NCBI GenBank assembly: GCA_017546315.1
Contig: JAFYXH010000007.1
Location: forward strand, 14,508 to 78,507
From: Alphaproteobacteria bacterium
GTDB taxonomy: Bacteria; Pseudomonadota; Alphaproteobacteria; RF32; CAG-239
Length of the DNA: 64,000 nucleotides
Reading direction: 5' to 3'
The notes below the pieces were generated by a model. It was not told where the DNA came from. It ran no database searches and saw only the letters and a program-made list of their open reading frames with translations. Below are positions 1-8,575 of this stretch, piece by piece; the stretch's first letter is position 1, and every line of letters starts with the position of its first letter. The position numbers and the translations under genes are program-made.

Positions 1-7
1 AAATATA

Positions 8-33
8 CCCCGCCTAAACAAGCGGGGTTTTTT
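8..33. terminator. GC-rich hairpin (ccccgc/gcgggg) with flanking T/A runs; putative bidirectional intrinsic terminator
   Basis: 6-bp GC stem, 8-nt loop, TTTTTT on + strand; lies 3' of the minus-strand gene ending at 55. Confidence 0.55.
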
Positions 34-54
34 GTGGTATGTGATTTTTTGATA

Positions 55-486
55 TTATTTGGAAAATGGTTTGTGTGGTTTTCCTTTCATTTTGTGTCTT
101 TTTTTGCCTTCTTCTTTGATTTGGTTGAATTTTTCTAATTGTTCTTGGGTTAATATTTTTTCAAACTCTGCCATGTTTTCTTTGCGTAGTTCGTCCATTT
201 GTTTTCTTATCTCTTTCATTTGTTTGAGAAGTGGCTCTATTTTTCTGTGCCCGTCTTCACGCAAGAGTTTTGCTTTTTCTTCTTGCTCTTTGGTTAGATT
301 TAAGTCTTTGGATAGTTTTTGAGACATTTTTTCAAAATGAACTTTAGGGTCAAATTTTTCGTGTTTTAGTTCCAATGTGGTTGGGGTTTGGGTTTCTATT
401 TCTGGTTTGAGGGTGTTTGCACTAGCTGTTATTGATGTAGTTAAGAGTAGTGCTAATGCTAAGGTAAAAATTGTATTGTTTTTCAT
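55..486 (-). CDS. periplasmic LTXXQ-motif protein (Spy/CpxP-like), signal peptide
   Basis: N-terminal signal peptide (LALALLLTTSITASA); two LTxxQ motifs (LTKEQ, LTQEQ); lysine/glutamate-rich helical protein; start overlaps stop of the upstream sigma gene. Confidence 0.6.
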   Translation of the reverse strand: MKNNTIFTLALALLLTTSITASANTLKPEIETQTPTTLELKHEKFDPKVHFEKMSQKLSKDLNLTKEQEEKAKLLREDGHRKIEPLLKQMKEIRKQMDELRKENMAEFEKILTQEQLEKFNQIKEEGKKRHKMKGKPHKPFSK

Positions 487-488
487 AT

Positions 489-995
489 CTATTCTCCTTT
501 AAGTAATGGCGTTAAGATTTTTTTTAAGACTAATCTTGCATTTGAGAGCCTTGATTTTACGGTCCCTATTGGCAAGTTTAATTTTTTTGCTATCTCTTCG
601 TAGGAATATTCTTCGTATTCGTATAAAATTACTATTTGGCGTAATTTTTGAGGAAGAGAGTTGATTGCTTGTAAGATTATTTTTTGACGTTTTTTTGTGT
701 CTAAAATATCTTCTTGCGAAATTTGTAGATCTTCGATTGTTTCTAGTAATTGGTTGCTATCATCTATATTTAGGGTTTGGTTTTTAGAGGTTTTGCTCCT
801 AAAATAATCTATGCAGAGGTTATTTGTTATAGTTGATAGCCAAGATTTTAATTCTCCTTTCTCGGGGTTGAACTTGTTTAAGTTTTGCCATATTTTGATA
901 TAGACTTCTTGTTCTAAATCATTGTTTTCAAAACCGAGTTTGTTTTTTATGATGGTTTTGATGTAGGTTTTATAATTTTTGATAATGTTTTTCAT
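489..995 (-). CDS. ECF-type RNA polymerase sigma-70 factor
   Basis: Region 2 (IWQNLNKF...WLSTITNNLCIDYFR) and region 4 (SYEEIAKKLNLPIGTVKSRLSNAR) sigma-70/ECF signatures. Confidence 0.8.
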   Translation of the reverse strand: MKNIIKNYKTYIKTIIKNKLGFENNDLEQEVYIKIWQNLNKFNPEKGELKSWLSTITNNLCIDYFRSKTSKNQTLNIDDSNQLLETIEDLQISQEDILDTKKRQKIILQAINSLPQKLRQIVILYEYEEYSYEEIAKKLNLPIGTVKSRLSNARLVLKKILTPLLKGE

Positions 996-996
996 C

Positions 997-1257
997 TTAT
1001 ACTATCTCTAAAAAGCCATATTCATCAATTGGGAGGTCAAATGTTTCTATATATGAACCTGTTTGGGTTAGATAAATTTCTTCTTCTAGGCCGTCTAGGT
1101 TGTATATATAGTCTGATGATGATGTGTTATACTGAATTGCGAAGGCTAGTATGAGCATCATAAATGATGATTTTATAGCTTTTTTTCTTCTCTTTTGGGC
1201 AAAATATAGTGGTTTTGCTTCTTGTAGTAGAGAGGAAATTTCATTATCTTTTGTCAT
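997..1257 (-). CDS. small single-TM protein, possible anti-sigma or regulatory partner of the ECF sigma factor
   Basis: 86 aa, one hydrophobic segment (SSFMMLILAFAI); stop at 997 is 2 bp from the sigma start at 995 (translational coupling). Confidence 0.4.
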   Translation of the reverse strand: MTKDNEISSLLQEAKPLYFAQKRRKKAIKSSFMMLILAFAIQYNTSSSDYIYNLDGLEEEIYLTQTGSYIETFDLPIDEYGFLEIV

Positions 1258-1399
1258 TGTTTTCTCCTTTCACCTAATAATACGAAAGTCTATTTTAAAA
1301 AGTTCAAAAAAAAATTAATTTTTTTTATTTATTGATGGAACGTATTGACAAAATAAACAAAATAAAATATTTTCTTTTTAAATTTAAGAGGATAGTTAA

Positions 1400-2596
1400 A
1401 TGAACGTTGAAAAATATATTGAAATTTTAAGAAAAAAACATGATGGCAAAAGTTTTAGTTTGCTTGTTGAGAGGTGTGAAACTTCTGATGATGCACCTTA
1501 TAGGATTAAGAGGGCTGAGATTTTAAGAAAAGATGAAGTGGTTGTTTTATGCTTAGCCGGAAATGGTGGAGATAGTATTAATTTACGTGGATATAATTCT
1601 TTTTTGAAAAAGGTTGATGAATTTGTAAAAAGTAAATGTGGTGAGGATGTCAGAATTGTGGGAGGATGTAGTGAATTTGGTGATTTTCATAATCACAGAT
1701 TAGCTAGAAAGGGTTTGCATTATAAGGTTTCTTGGCCAAATTATTATGAAGAATTTAAAAGAAGTATTAGCCCCAAAATATATAAAGAAACATTTGAGCC
1801 TAATTATATTAAAGATATTTTTGATGCAGTTTTAGAGAGAAGGCTTGTTGATGATAATGGGAAGAGACTTAAGATAGATGATGCTTTGAGGAATGTAAGA
1901 CGAGTTAATATTGTTTGTCATTGTCATGGTGGCTATGTGGCTATGTGTTTGGAAGATATGATGGATAAGCGTATGGATGAGCTTGGGTATGATAAAAATG
2001 AACAGAAAAAACTTAAGGAACAGTTGTTGGTGGTGGCTTATAATCCTGATTGTCCGTATGTGGTAAGTCAAATGAAATTTATAGGGGTAGTGTCTAGTCA
2101 AGATAATCATAACTTGTATAATAATTATATGAGAGAATGGTTGTTGATGGAACCTAGGGATTTTGGTGTGATTTATATGCCACATAGGTGGGGAAGAACT
2201 ATAATGTGTGATAAAGTTAATAAAAATATAGGTAAAGAGATTGAGAAAAATGAGAAGGTTGATTTGTTTGATTTTAAGAAAAAACAAATTGGCGAGCATG
2301 ATTTTTTGGGGTTTAAGGCTGATGAAAATATGAGTGAAAGTGGAAAATTATTACAACGTTATGGGGGGAATATACTTGTAAACGGAGTTAGAAATTCGTT
2401 AAAACAGGATGAAAAATTTGTTGAAATTCCAGATATTGAAAAGTTGGTTGTTAGAAATTTTAGGGATAGAGTTTTGTTTGCAAAAGCTTGTATTGTTGGT
2501 TTAAGGCTAGAGCAAAAATTATATAAAGTTGACAGAAAGAAAATTGATGCTTATGCTAATTGGAGAAGAAGTTTGCCTGTTGTTACATTGGATTGA
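1400..2596 (+). CDS. hypothetical protein (398 aa), no recognisable family
   Basis: Long ORF after an AT-rich promoter region; Cys/His cluster (CHCHGGY); directly followed by the HAD hydrolase gene. Confidence 0.55.
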   Translation: MNVEKYIEILRKKHDGKSFSLLVERCETSDDAPYRIKRAEILRKDEVVVLCLAGNGGDSINLRGYNSFLKKVDEFVKSKCGEDVRIVGGCSEFGDFHNHRLARKGLHYKVSWPNYYEEFKRSISPKIYKETFEPNYIKDIFDAVLERRLVDDNGKRLKIDDALRNVRRVNIVCHCHGGYVAMCLEDMMDKRMDELGYDKNEQKKLKEQLLVVAYNPDCPYVVSQMKFIGVVSSQDNHNLYNNYMREWLLMEPRDFGVIYMPHRWGRTIMCDKVNKNIGKEIEKNEKVDLFDFKKKQIGEHDFLGFKADENMSESGKLLQRYGGNILVNGVRNSLKQDEKFVEIPDIEKLVVRNFRDRVLFAKACIVGLRLEQKLYKVDRKKIDAYANWRRSLPVVTLD

Positions 2597-2607
2597 AGGT
2601 GGTGGAA

Positions 2608-3246
2608 ATGAAAATAAAATATGCGATTTTTGATGTTGGGGGTGTGTGTTATCCGTATTCATTAAAGCCTCTTAATGATTGGGCTAAAGATAATTGCAAG
2701 GATGAGAAAGAATTTCTTAAAAATGGTGGGGTGAGGTGTGTTGATTATAATTCTTATATGCGAGGAGATGTTGACTTTTTTCAATTTTCAAAAGGATTGT
2801 GCGAGCGTGTTGGAATAGATTATTATAAGGGAATTGAAATCACTATTAACGAAAAGTTGCATGAAGGAGTTGGTGAGTTTTATAATGAAACGCTAGAGGT
2901 GATGGAAGAGTTAAAAGAAAAGGGGATTAGAGTTGGGTTGTTGTCTAATGCTCTTTCTAATCTTTCGGACACGGCTGATTTTTTGGTGGTTGATGAACTT
3001 TGTTTTGTATCGTATGAGTTGAGGTGTTTGAAGCCTGAAAAAGAGATTTATGAAAAAATGATAGATAAATTAGGGTGTAAAGCATCTCAGATTATATTTA
3101 TTGATGATAAAGAAAAGAATGTAAAAAGTGCTCAACAGTTAGGAATAAGAGGTGTTGTGTTTAATCGTGAAACATTAAGAAGAGATGTGTTTAATATTAT
3201 CAGAAGTTCTAATTTTCTTGATAGAGGGGATGTTTTTGAAAAATAA
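2608..3246 (+). CDS. HAD-superfamily hydrolase
   Basis: Motif I FDVGGV near the N-terminus, motif II LLSN, motif IV FIDDKEKN; RBS aaggtggtgga before the ATG at 2608 (the ORF-track start at 2560 is probably too early). Confidence 0.65.
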   Translation: MKIKYAIFDVGGVCYPYSLKPLNDWAKDNCKDEKEFLKNGGVRCVDYNSYMRGDVDFFQFSKGLCERVGIDYYKGIEITINEKLHEGVGEFYNETLEVMEELKEKGIRVGLLSNALSNLSDTADFLVVDELCFVSYELRCLKPEKEIYEKMIDKLGCKASQIIFIDDKEKNVKSAQQLGIRGVVFNRETLRRDVFNIIRSSNFLDRGDVFEK

Positions 3247-3263
3247 ATTATATATTAAAAAAA

Positions 3264-3295
3264 AGCCCTCTATATTTTCGCAAACGATGAGGGCT
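3264..3295. other. hairpin element copy A: stem agccctc/gagggct around loop TATATTTTCGCAAACGAT
   Basis: Seen directly; 16 nt after the HAD gene stop; shares the loop core TATTTTCGCAAACG with the element at 8339-8371. Confidence 0.6.
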
Positions 3296-3301
3296 TGAGG
3301 T

Positions 3302-3600
3302 ATATGAGACATCAGTTTTGATGTTGTAGGTACTTTTTTGATACGTCTTAATAATTTTTTTTAAGAGGTATCTATATATATGATTATGTGTCATAAATTT
3401 CTTTTGAAAAAACTACATATACTCACGTACCTGTAGTTTTTTGATGCGCCTTAATAAAAAATTATTTTATTTAAGAGGCATCTATAAAATTATGAGCCAT
3501 AAACTTCTTTTTGGAAAAAACTACATATACTCACGTACCTGTAGTTTTTTGATGCGTCTTAACAAAGGTTAGTTTAAGAGGCATCTTCGATTTAAGGTTA
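3302..3600. repeat. about 2.7 tandem copies of a ~109-bp repeat, each with an inverted repeat and a T-run hairpin
   Basis: The unit 'ctacatatactcacgtacctgtagttttttgatgcg(c/t)cttaa...ttaagaggcatct' recurs starting at 3411 and 3520, with a diverged partial copy from about 3302; each unit has the hairpin aaaaactaca/tgtagttttt and the near-palindrome gatgcgYcttaa...ttaagaggcatc. Confidence 0.75.
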
Positions 3601-3759
3601 AATAATACATCAATCGTGAGTAGTTTATTAGAAATATTTTTTTTGTCAATAATTAATTTATTGGTTTTAAAGTGCAAATTGGGAGTAAAATGGATATATT
3701 CTTGACAGTATTTTGTTTTTTTTATATCGTTTGGAAAGATTTGATGTTGAGGGCAGTTA

Positions 3760-6294
3760 ATGATTTGGTCAGAAAAAGAATTGGCTAGTTTGGGCGAGAT
3801 GAGCGTCAACATGGTGGCTGAACGTTTTATGAAACGTTTAGGAGAGCCTGAAAATCATGAAATATTTGAAAGAGATAATTTTTCGTATTTATGGGGAATG
3901 CTTGGGGTTGCAGGTATTCGTGGAGTTAGTCATAATCTCTTGGGTAAGATTTGGAATACTTTAAAAGAAAATGGTGTGTTAGAGGCCTTTGATAAAGGGG
4001 TTTTAGGTGATTTTAATCTTAAACTTATGAAAAAGTGTCCTGATAGTAGATTAAGAGCTTGGCAGAATTTTGATAATTTTACGACGGATCAAAAGTTTAA
4101 GAAGATGGTTTTGATGCCTGTTGTTGCTATTGATAGAAGATTTGCACAAGAAGTTGACATGCAGGCGTTCAATCCGATGAGAGTGGTTGGTGTTTTAGAG
4201 CGTTATCCGATGAGTGATGCGGTGAAAATGATGCTTAAAGATATGCAAGGACATGGTGTTGCTTGTGGTATTTCTGGTAAAGAAGTGGTTGAGCATTATG
4301 AAAAAGAAAAAGTGTTAAAAAGACTTTGTGATATTATTGCTTTAGGGAAAAGAAAACTCCAAGAAGATGAAAAGGATTTCTTGTTTAGGTTTATTAGTGA
4401 AGCTGTTGAAGATGGTTTTGGGGTTGAGAATATCGGGATTAGGGATGAAGTTTTTGTTGGATTATTAGCAGATGATGAAGATATGGAGGGGAAATCTCCG
4501 ATTGAGGTTTCTCGTTTAAAAGAGCGTAATGCTGAAATTATTGATTTTGCTAAGAGATTTGATGATAAGTTGGGATTTTTTGAGCAGAGTGCTGCAAAGT
4601 TAATCCGTTATAATACTGCGCATACATCTGAGATGATTGAAAGATGTCTTAAGCTTATGAATGGAGATAATCCTAAAGGGGTAGTTTTTGTTTTGGAATT
4701 AGTAAATCTTAAGCAATATAAGTCTGCGGTAAAGATTTTGATTGAGCTTGCAAAGAAAGGGCGAGCAACAGAGGGAGGGTTGTTTATCCATAGGTTAATC
4801 GGCAATGTTAAAGGTGCTGAAAATATGTTAATGAGCATTTTTAAGCTAAATCTAAAAGTGCTTAAAGATAAAGGATATAATGATATAAATAGCGTATTTA
4901 GGGAGAATGTGGCAAGAATTTATGTTGCTGTGGTTAAGGAGTTTATTAGAGTTGGCGCTTTTCGTGATGCGGTAATATTGTTAAATGATTTGGTAGTTTT
5001 TTCTTGGTTAAAGGGAATTGAAGATATTGAAGAAGAAGTGGTTTTGTTAGCTAACTGGCTTTGTGGTAAGAATAGAGGTTTTGAGCAAGTTTTAGATGCT
5101 TGGGCAAGAGAACTTGGGGTTGAGGTTTTTGTTTATGATGGAAAAAGGCGTATTGGTAATGCAAATGCTGTTAGTAAACGAGCGGAAGAACGCTTTATCT
5201 TTTCTGGTAATGATGGTTATAATGTTAATATTGAGAGAATATTAAGCAAGAAGTATGAAGAAGATAAGAAGCGAAAGGTAGAGGTTAGTGCTATAAGCAC
5301 TAAAGATTTGGAAGTTAAGAATGAAGTTTCTACTAGTGCAATGGGTGAAGATGTTTACAAAGAAGAGATTAAGGTAAACGAAAATGATAGGGTAGCACAT
5401 AGTGAGCAGTTGATTGTTTTTGTTGAAGATGGGGTAAATACTGATAATAACTCGTCTGGTTTAGTTGTTGAGGAAGTTGTTAATACTTTAAGTAGTGATA
5501 GTGTTGAAGAAAATGCAAAAACTTTAGATGTTATGAATATTGAGGGGCAAGATTTTGATGCTGAGAAGAACCTTGAAGGTGGAGATAAAGTTATTGAAAC
5601 AATAACGAGCATTACCGAAGAGGCGATAATTAGCACTAAAGAAGTGGGTGATTTAGTAGAAAAAAGTGTTGTTAAGCAAAATAATGTTGAAGCTGAGTTA
5701 GAAAATCAGGTTTCTATAAGTGAGATGAGTGGTATCAATAATGTTGAAAATACAAGCAGTTTTGAGGTGAAAAGTCTTGAAAATAATGATGATGGATTGA
5801 TGGATGTTATTGGTAGTGTTGAGTTGATGGCTGATGATCCTTTAGAAGCAGCTATTAGGCAAGATGAACAAAATATCATAAATAATGAAATTGCACCAAA
5901 TAATGTTGTAGATAGTGAAGTTAGAGTGCAAAGTGCTGAAAGTAAAGAAGTTGTTTTAGAACCAAAAGAAGAGGGTGGTATTGTTGATGAGGGTAAAAAA
6001 ATAGAGTTTGAAAATGTTAAAACAGATATTGAAGAATGGGGTGAAGACGAAGAAAAAACTGAAAGTGTTTCTAGGATTAAGATCCCTAAGTTTTTGAAAA
6101 TAAACTCTAAAGAAATGGAAACGCAATTTAATAAGATAAAAGAAGTTACGGTTTTGGCGGTTAAAAAAGCTGAAGAAAAGGTTGAAGTAATTAAACAAAA
6201 AGTTGAAGATGGTGATATCGAAGAGCTTAGTAGAGAGGCTAGCAATAGGGTTCGGAGTATTCGAGATAAATTTAAGGGAATTATAAAGAAATGA
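3760..6294 (+). CDS. large hypothetical protein (844 aa) with an acidic low-complexity C-terminal half
   Basis: Long ORF; C-terminal ~350 aa rich in E/V/N/D/S with no recognisable catalytic motif; stop at 6294 abuts the ankyrin gene start. Confidence 0.6.
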   Translation: MIWSEKELASLGEMSVNMVAERFMKRLGEPENHEIFERDNFSYLWGMLGVAGIRGVSHNLLGKIWNTLKENGVLEAFDKGVLGDFNLKLMKKCPDSRLRAWQNFDNFTTDQKFKKMVLMPVVAIDRRFAQEVDMQAFNPMRVVGVLERYPMSDAVKMMLKDMQGHGVACGISGKEVVEHYEKEKVLKRLCDIIALGKRKLQEDEKDFLFRFISEAVEDGFGVENIGIRDEVFVGLLADDEDMEGKSPIEVSRLKERNAEIIDFAKRFDDKLGFFEQSAAKLIRYNTAHTSEMIERCLKLMNGDNPKGVVFVLELVNLKQYKSAVKILIELAKKGRATEGGLFIHRLIGNVKGAENMLMSIFKLNLKVLKDKGYNDINSVFRENVARIYVAVVKEFIRVGAFRDAVILLNDLVVFSWLKGIEDIEEEVVLLANWLCGKNRGFEQVLDAWARELGVEVFVYDGKRRIGNANAVSKRAEERFIFSGNDGYNVNIERILSKKYEEDKKRKVEVSAISTKDLEVKNEVSTSAMGEDVYKEEIKVNENDRVAHSEQLIVFVEDGVNTDNNSSGLVVEEVVNTLSSDSVEENAKTLDVMNIEGQDFDAEKNLEGGDKVIETITSITEEAIISTKEVGDLVEKSVVKQNNVEAELENQVSISEMSGINNVENTSSFEVKSLENNDDGLMDVIGSVELMADDPLEAAIRQDEQNIINNEIAPNNVVDSEVRVQSAESKEVVLEPKEEGGIVDEGKKIEFENVKTDIEEWGEDEEKTESVSRIKIPKFLKINSKEMETQFNKIKEVTVLAVKKAEEKVEVIKQKVEDGDIEELSREASNRVRSIRDKFKGIIKK

Positions 6295-6295
6295 T

Positions 6296-8305
6296 ATGGC
6301 GGGTGTAGAGTTTAATGGTGGTAAAAAAAATATGATTAGGGTTAATATTATGAGAAAAGTTAAGTTAGTTTATTTTTGTTTGTTGTTGTGCGCAATGTTG
6401 GGTGCAAATACTTCTAATGTTGAAGCTGGTGATTTCGATTTTGCAGTGGAAGAATGGGTGGATGAAGAAGTAGAATTAGAAGATGATGTTCTTGCTGATG
6501 AAGAATATGAAGAAGTTGTTGAAGAAGTAGAAGAGTTTGAAGATGAGGGAAATAAGCCAGAGTTTATTCCTGAAGGTGAGATTGATGAGGGGGCTCCTGT
6601 TGCTATTTCTCGTAAAACATCAAAAGTGGTTGGTTCTAAAGAGCTTTTTGATAAGTTAAAATATGGGCAGAAAATTCGTATGGATGATGTTGAGGGGTGG
6701 TTGTTTAATACGTCTGATGTTAATGAATGTCTTGAAAATGGTAAGACTATGTTATTACAGATGGTGGCTTATTCCTCGAATATTGAGGCTATTGCATTGT
6801 TGATTGATCATGGAGCAATATTGGCAACTACTTGTCAGCCTAATTATAATGCTTTATTTGTGGCGGCTCAGAACAATAAATCTCCGGCTGTGGTTGATTT
6901 GTTGATTACTAAAGGTGCTGATATTGTGGTGGAGGATTATGAAGGAAATACTGCTCTTAGTGTGGCGGCTGCTTCTAATCCTAGTGGTGGTGTTGTTGAG
7001 ACATTATTGGAATATGGGTTAAAGATTAACAAACCAAACAAAAGAGGACATACTCCTTTGATGTTGGCGGCTTTTAAGAATGATATTAAAGTTGTTAGAG
7101 AATTATTGAAAAATGGGGCGAATGTTAATCTGGAAGATAAGAATGGTAGGACTGCTTTGATGGCGGCTGCTTTGAGAGGTGATGATGATATTATGCAACT
7201 TCTTATTAAGCATGGGGCTAATTTTAAGGTAGTTGATAAAAACAAAATGAGTGTTCTTGATTATTATAATAAAAATAAATACTTAAAAGATGAAGCATAT
7301 ACAGAAAATAAATACGCTTCTATATCTGAAGTTCTTGAATATCGATATGGGTATGTGAGTGATAATCACTATAAATATAATAAAGATTTAAGAGATGCAG
7401 TGTTTGATGATGAAGCTGAAGCAAAAGTTGATGAAGCGATTAAGAGATTGGCAGATATAAATTCTTTGGATGAATATGGGTGTACCCCTTTGATAAACGC
7501 TGCTCGTAATGATAAATCTTTGAAAGTATTTGAATTGTTGGTTGAAGGTGGGGCGGATGTTAATGCTAGTTGTTTAGAGAAAATTACTCCGTTGATGTTT
7601 GTTTCTACACTTGCGCAAGATAAAGAGCGTGCTAAAGTGGCTATTGAAAAGTTGAAATTGTTAAATGATTATAAGTTAGATATTGACTTAGCAGATGAGG
7701 GTGGAAATACTGCTTTGATGTATGCTTTACAATCAGGGGCTAATATCAATTTTGTGGCTAGTTTGCTTGCGTTGAATGCGGATGTTAATGTAGTTAATAA
7801 GCGAGGTGAAACTCCACTTTGGATTGCGGTTAAACGTAATTTGGGTATAAAGATTATTGAGATGTTAATAGAGTTTGGGGCAGATGTTAATGCTAAAGCT
7901 TTAGATGGTGAAACAATTTTGTGGCATATGTTAAAAAATGGTGAGAGTTCTGAGAAAATTGTCTTGTTGCTTGAGAGCGGAATAGATACATCTGTTGTTA
8001 ATCCAACTGGTAAAACTCCTCTTTGGTATCTTCTTCTTAATGGTGGTAGGGCTGATATTTTGAACGCTTTGATTAAGTTTGAGAAAAATCTGAATGAGCC
8101 TAATGCTGTTGGTGATACGCCGTTGTTGTTTGCAGTTAAGAATGATTATCCGGCTGAGATTATTAAATCTATGCTATATTATGGGGCAGACCCTGAAATG
8201 CGTGATGCTAATGGTATGAATACTATGGATATTATGTCTCAAAATCGCTTCTTTGATATGACAATTAAAGAGCAAACAAGGGCAAAAGTTCTTAATCAGT
8301 GGTGA
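6296..8305 (+). CDS. ankyrin-repeat protein with signal peptide and acidic linker
   Basis: Signal peptide MRKVKLVYFCLLLCAMLGANTSNVEA (true start may be the ATG at 6332 or 6350); acidic stretch EEWVDEEVELEDD...EEVEEFEDE; many canonical ANK repeats (G-TPLM-AA-G---V-LLL--GA-VN). Confidence 0.8.
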   Translation: MAGVEFNGGKKNMIRVNIMRKVKLVYFCLLLCAMLGANTSNVEAGDFDFAVEEWVDEEVELEDDVLADEEYEEVVEEVEEFEDEGNKPEFIPEGEIDEGAPVAISRKTSKVVGSKELFDKLKYGQKIRMDDVEGWLFNTSDVNECLENGKTMLLQMVAYSSNIEAIALLIDHGAILATTCQPNYNALFVAAQNNKSPAVVDLLITKGADIVVEDYEGNTALSVAAASNPSGGVVETLLEYGLKINKPNKRGHTPLMLAAFKNDIKVVRELLKNGANVNLEDKNGRTALMAAALRGDDDIMQLLIKHGANFKVVDKNKMSVLDYYNKNKYLKDEAYTENKYASISEVLEYRYGYVSDNHYKYNKDLRDAVFDDEAEAKVDEAIKRLADINSLDEYGCTPLINAARNDKSLKVFELLVEGGADVNASCLEKITPLMFVSTLAQDKERAKVAIEKLKLLNDYKLDIDLADEGGNTALMYALQSGANINFVASLLALNADVNVVNKRGETPLWIAVKRNLGIKIIEMLIEFGADVNAKALDGETILWHMLKNGESSEKIVLLLESGIDTSVVNPTGKTPLWYLLLNGGRADILNALIKFEKNLNEPNAVGDTPLLFAVKNDYPAEIIKSMLYYGADPEMRDANGMNTMDIMSQNRFFDMTIKEQTRAKVLNQW

Positions 8306-8338
8306 TTTGTATATAAATATTTAGATCAAGATATAAGA

Positions 8339-8371
8339 AAAACCTCCATATTTTCGCAAACGTGGAGGTTT
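8339..8371. other. hairpin element copy B: stem aacctcca/tggaggtt around loop TATTTTCGCAAACG
   Basis: Seen directly; 34 nt after the ankyrin gene stop; same loop as copy A at 3264-3295 but a different, compensatory stem. Confidence 0.6.
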
Positions 8372-8575
8372 AGATTTAAAGTTAACAAAGAGAGATTTAT
8401 ATCTTGGGTAAATCGTTTCCTTTTTTTATTTTCACAAATTTCAAAGGGATATTACCGAAGATTCTAGTTTCTTATTACGAACAAAAGTTAACAAAGTACA
8501 GAATAATTTAGTAAGCATAATTGTAGTTTTAGTGGCTACAATTTATAAGAAAAAAATATTTTGTCAAATGTTATT

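Noticed and set aside
1832-2299. 155-aa minus-strand ORF inside the 1400-2596 gene, plus many similar antisense ORFs elsewhere (e.g. 4608-4838, 5706-6245, 10942-11241, 12679-13095, 56088-56552, 58061-58669, 60161-60797)
   Set aside because: They are entirely embedded antisense to longer, better-supported genes. Their low-complexity, isoleucine/phenylalanine/serine-rich translations are typical of reading AT-rich coding DNA in the wrong frame.
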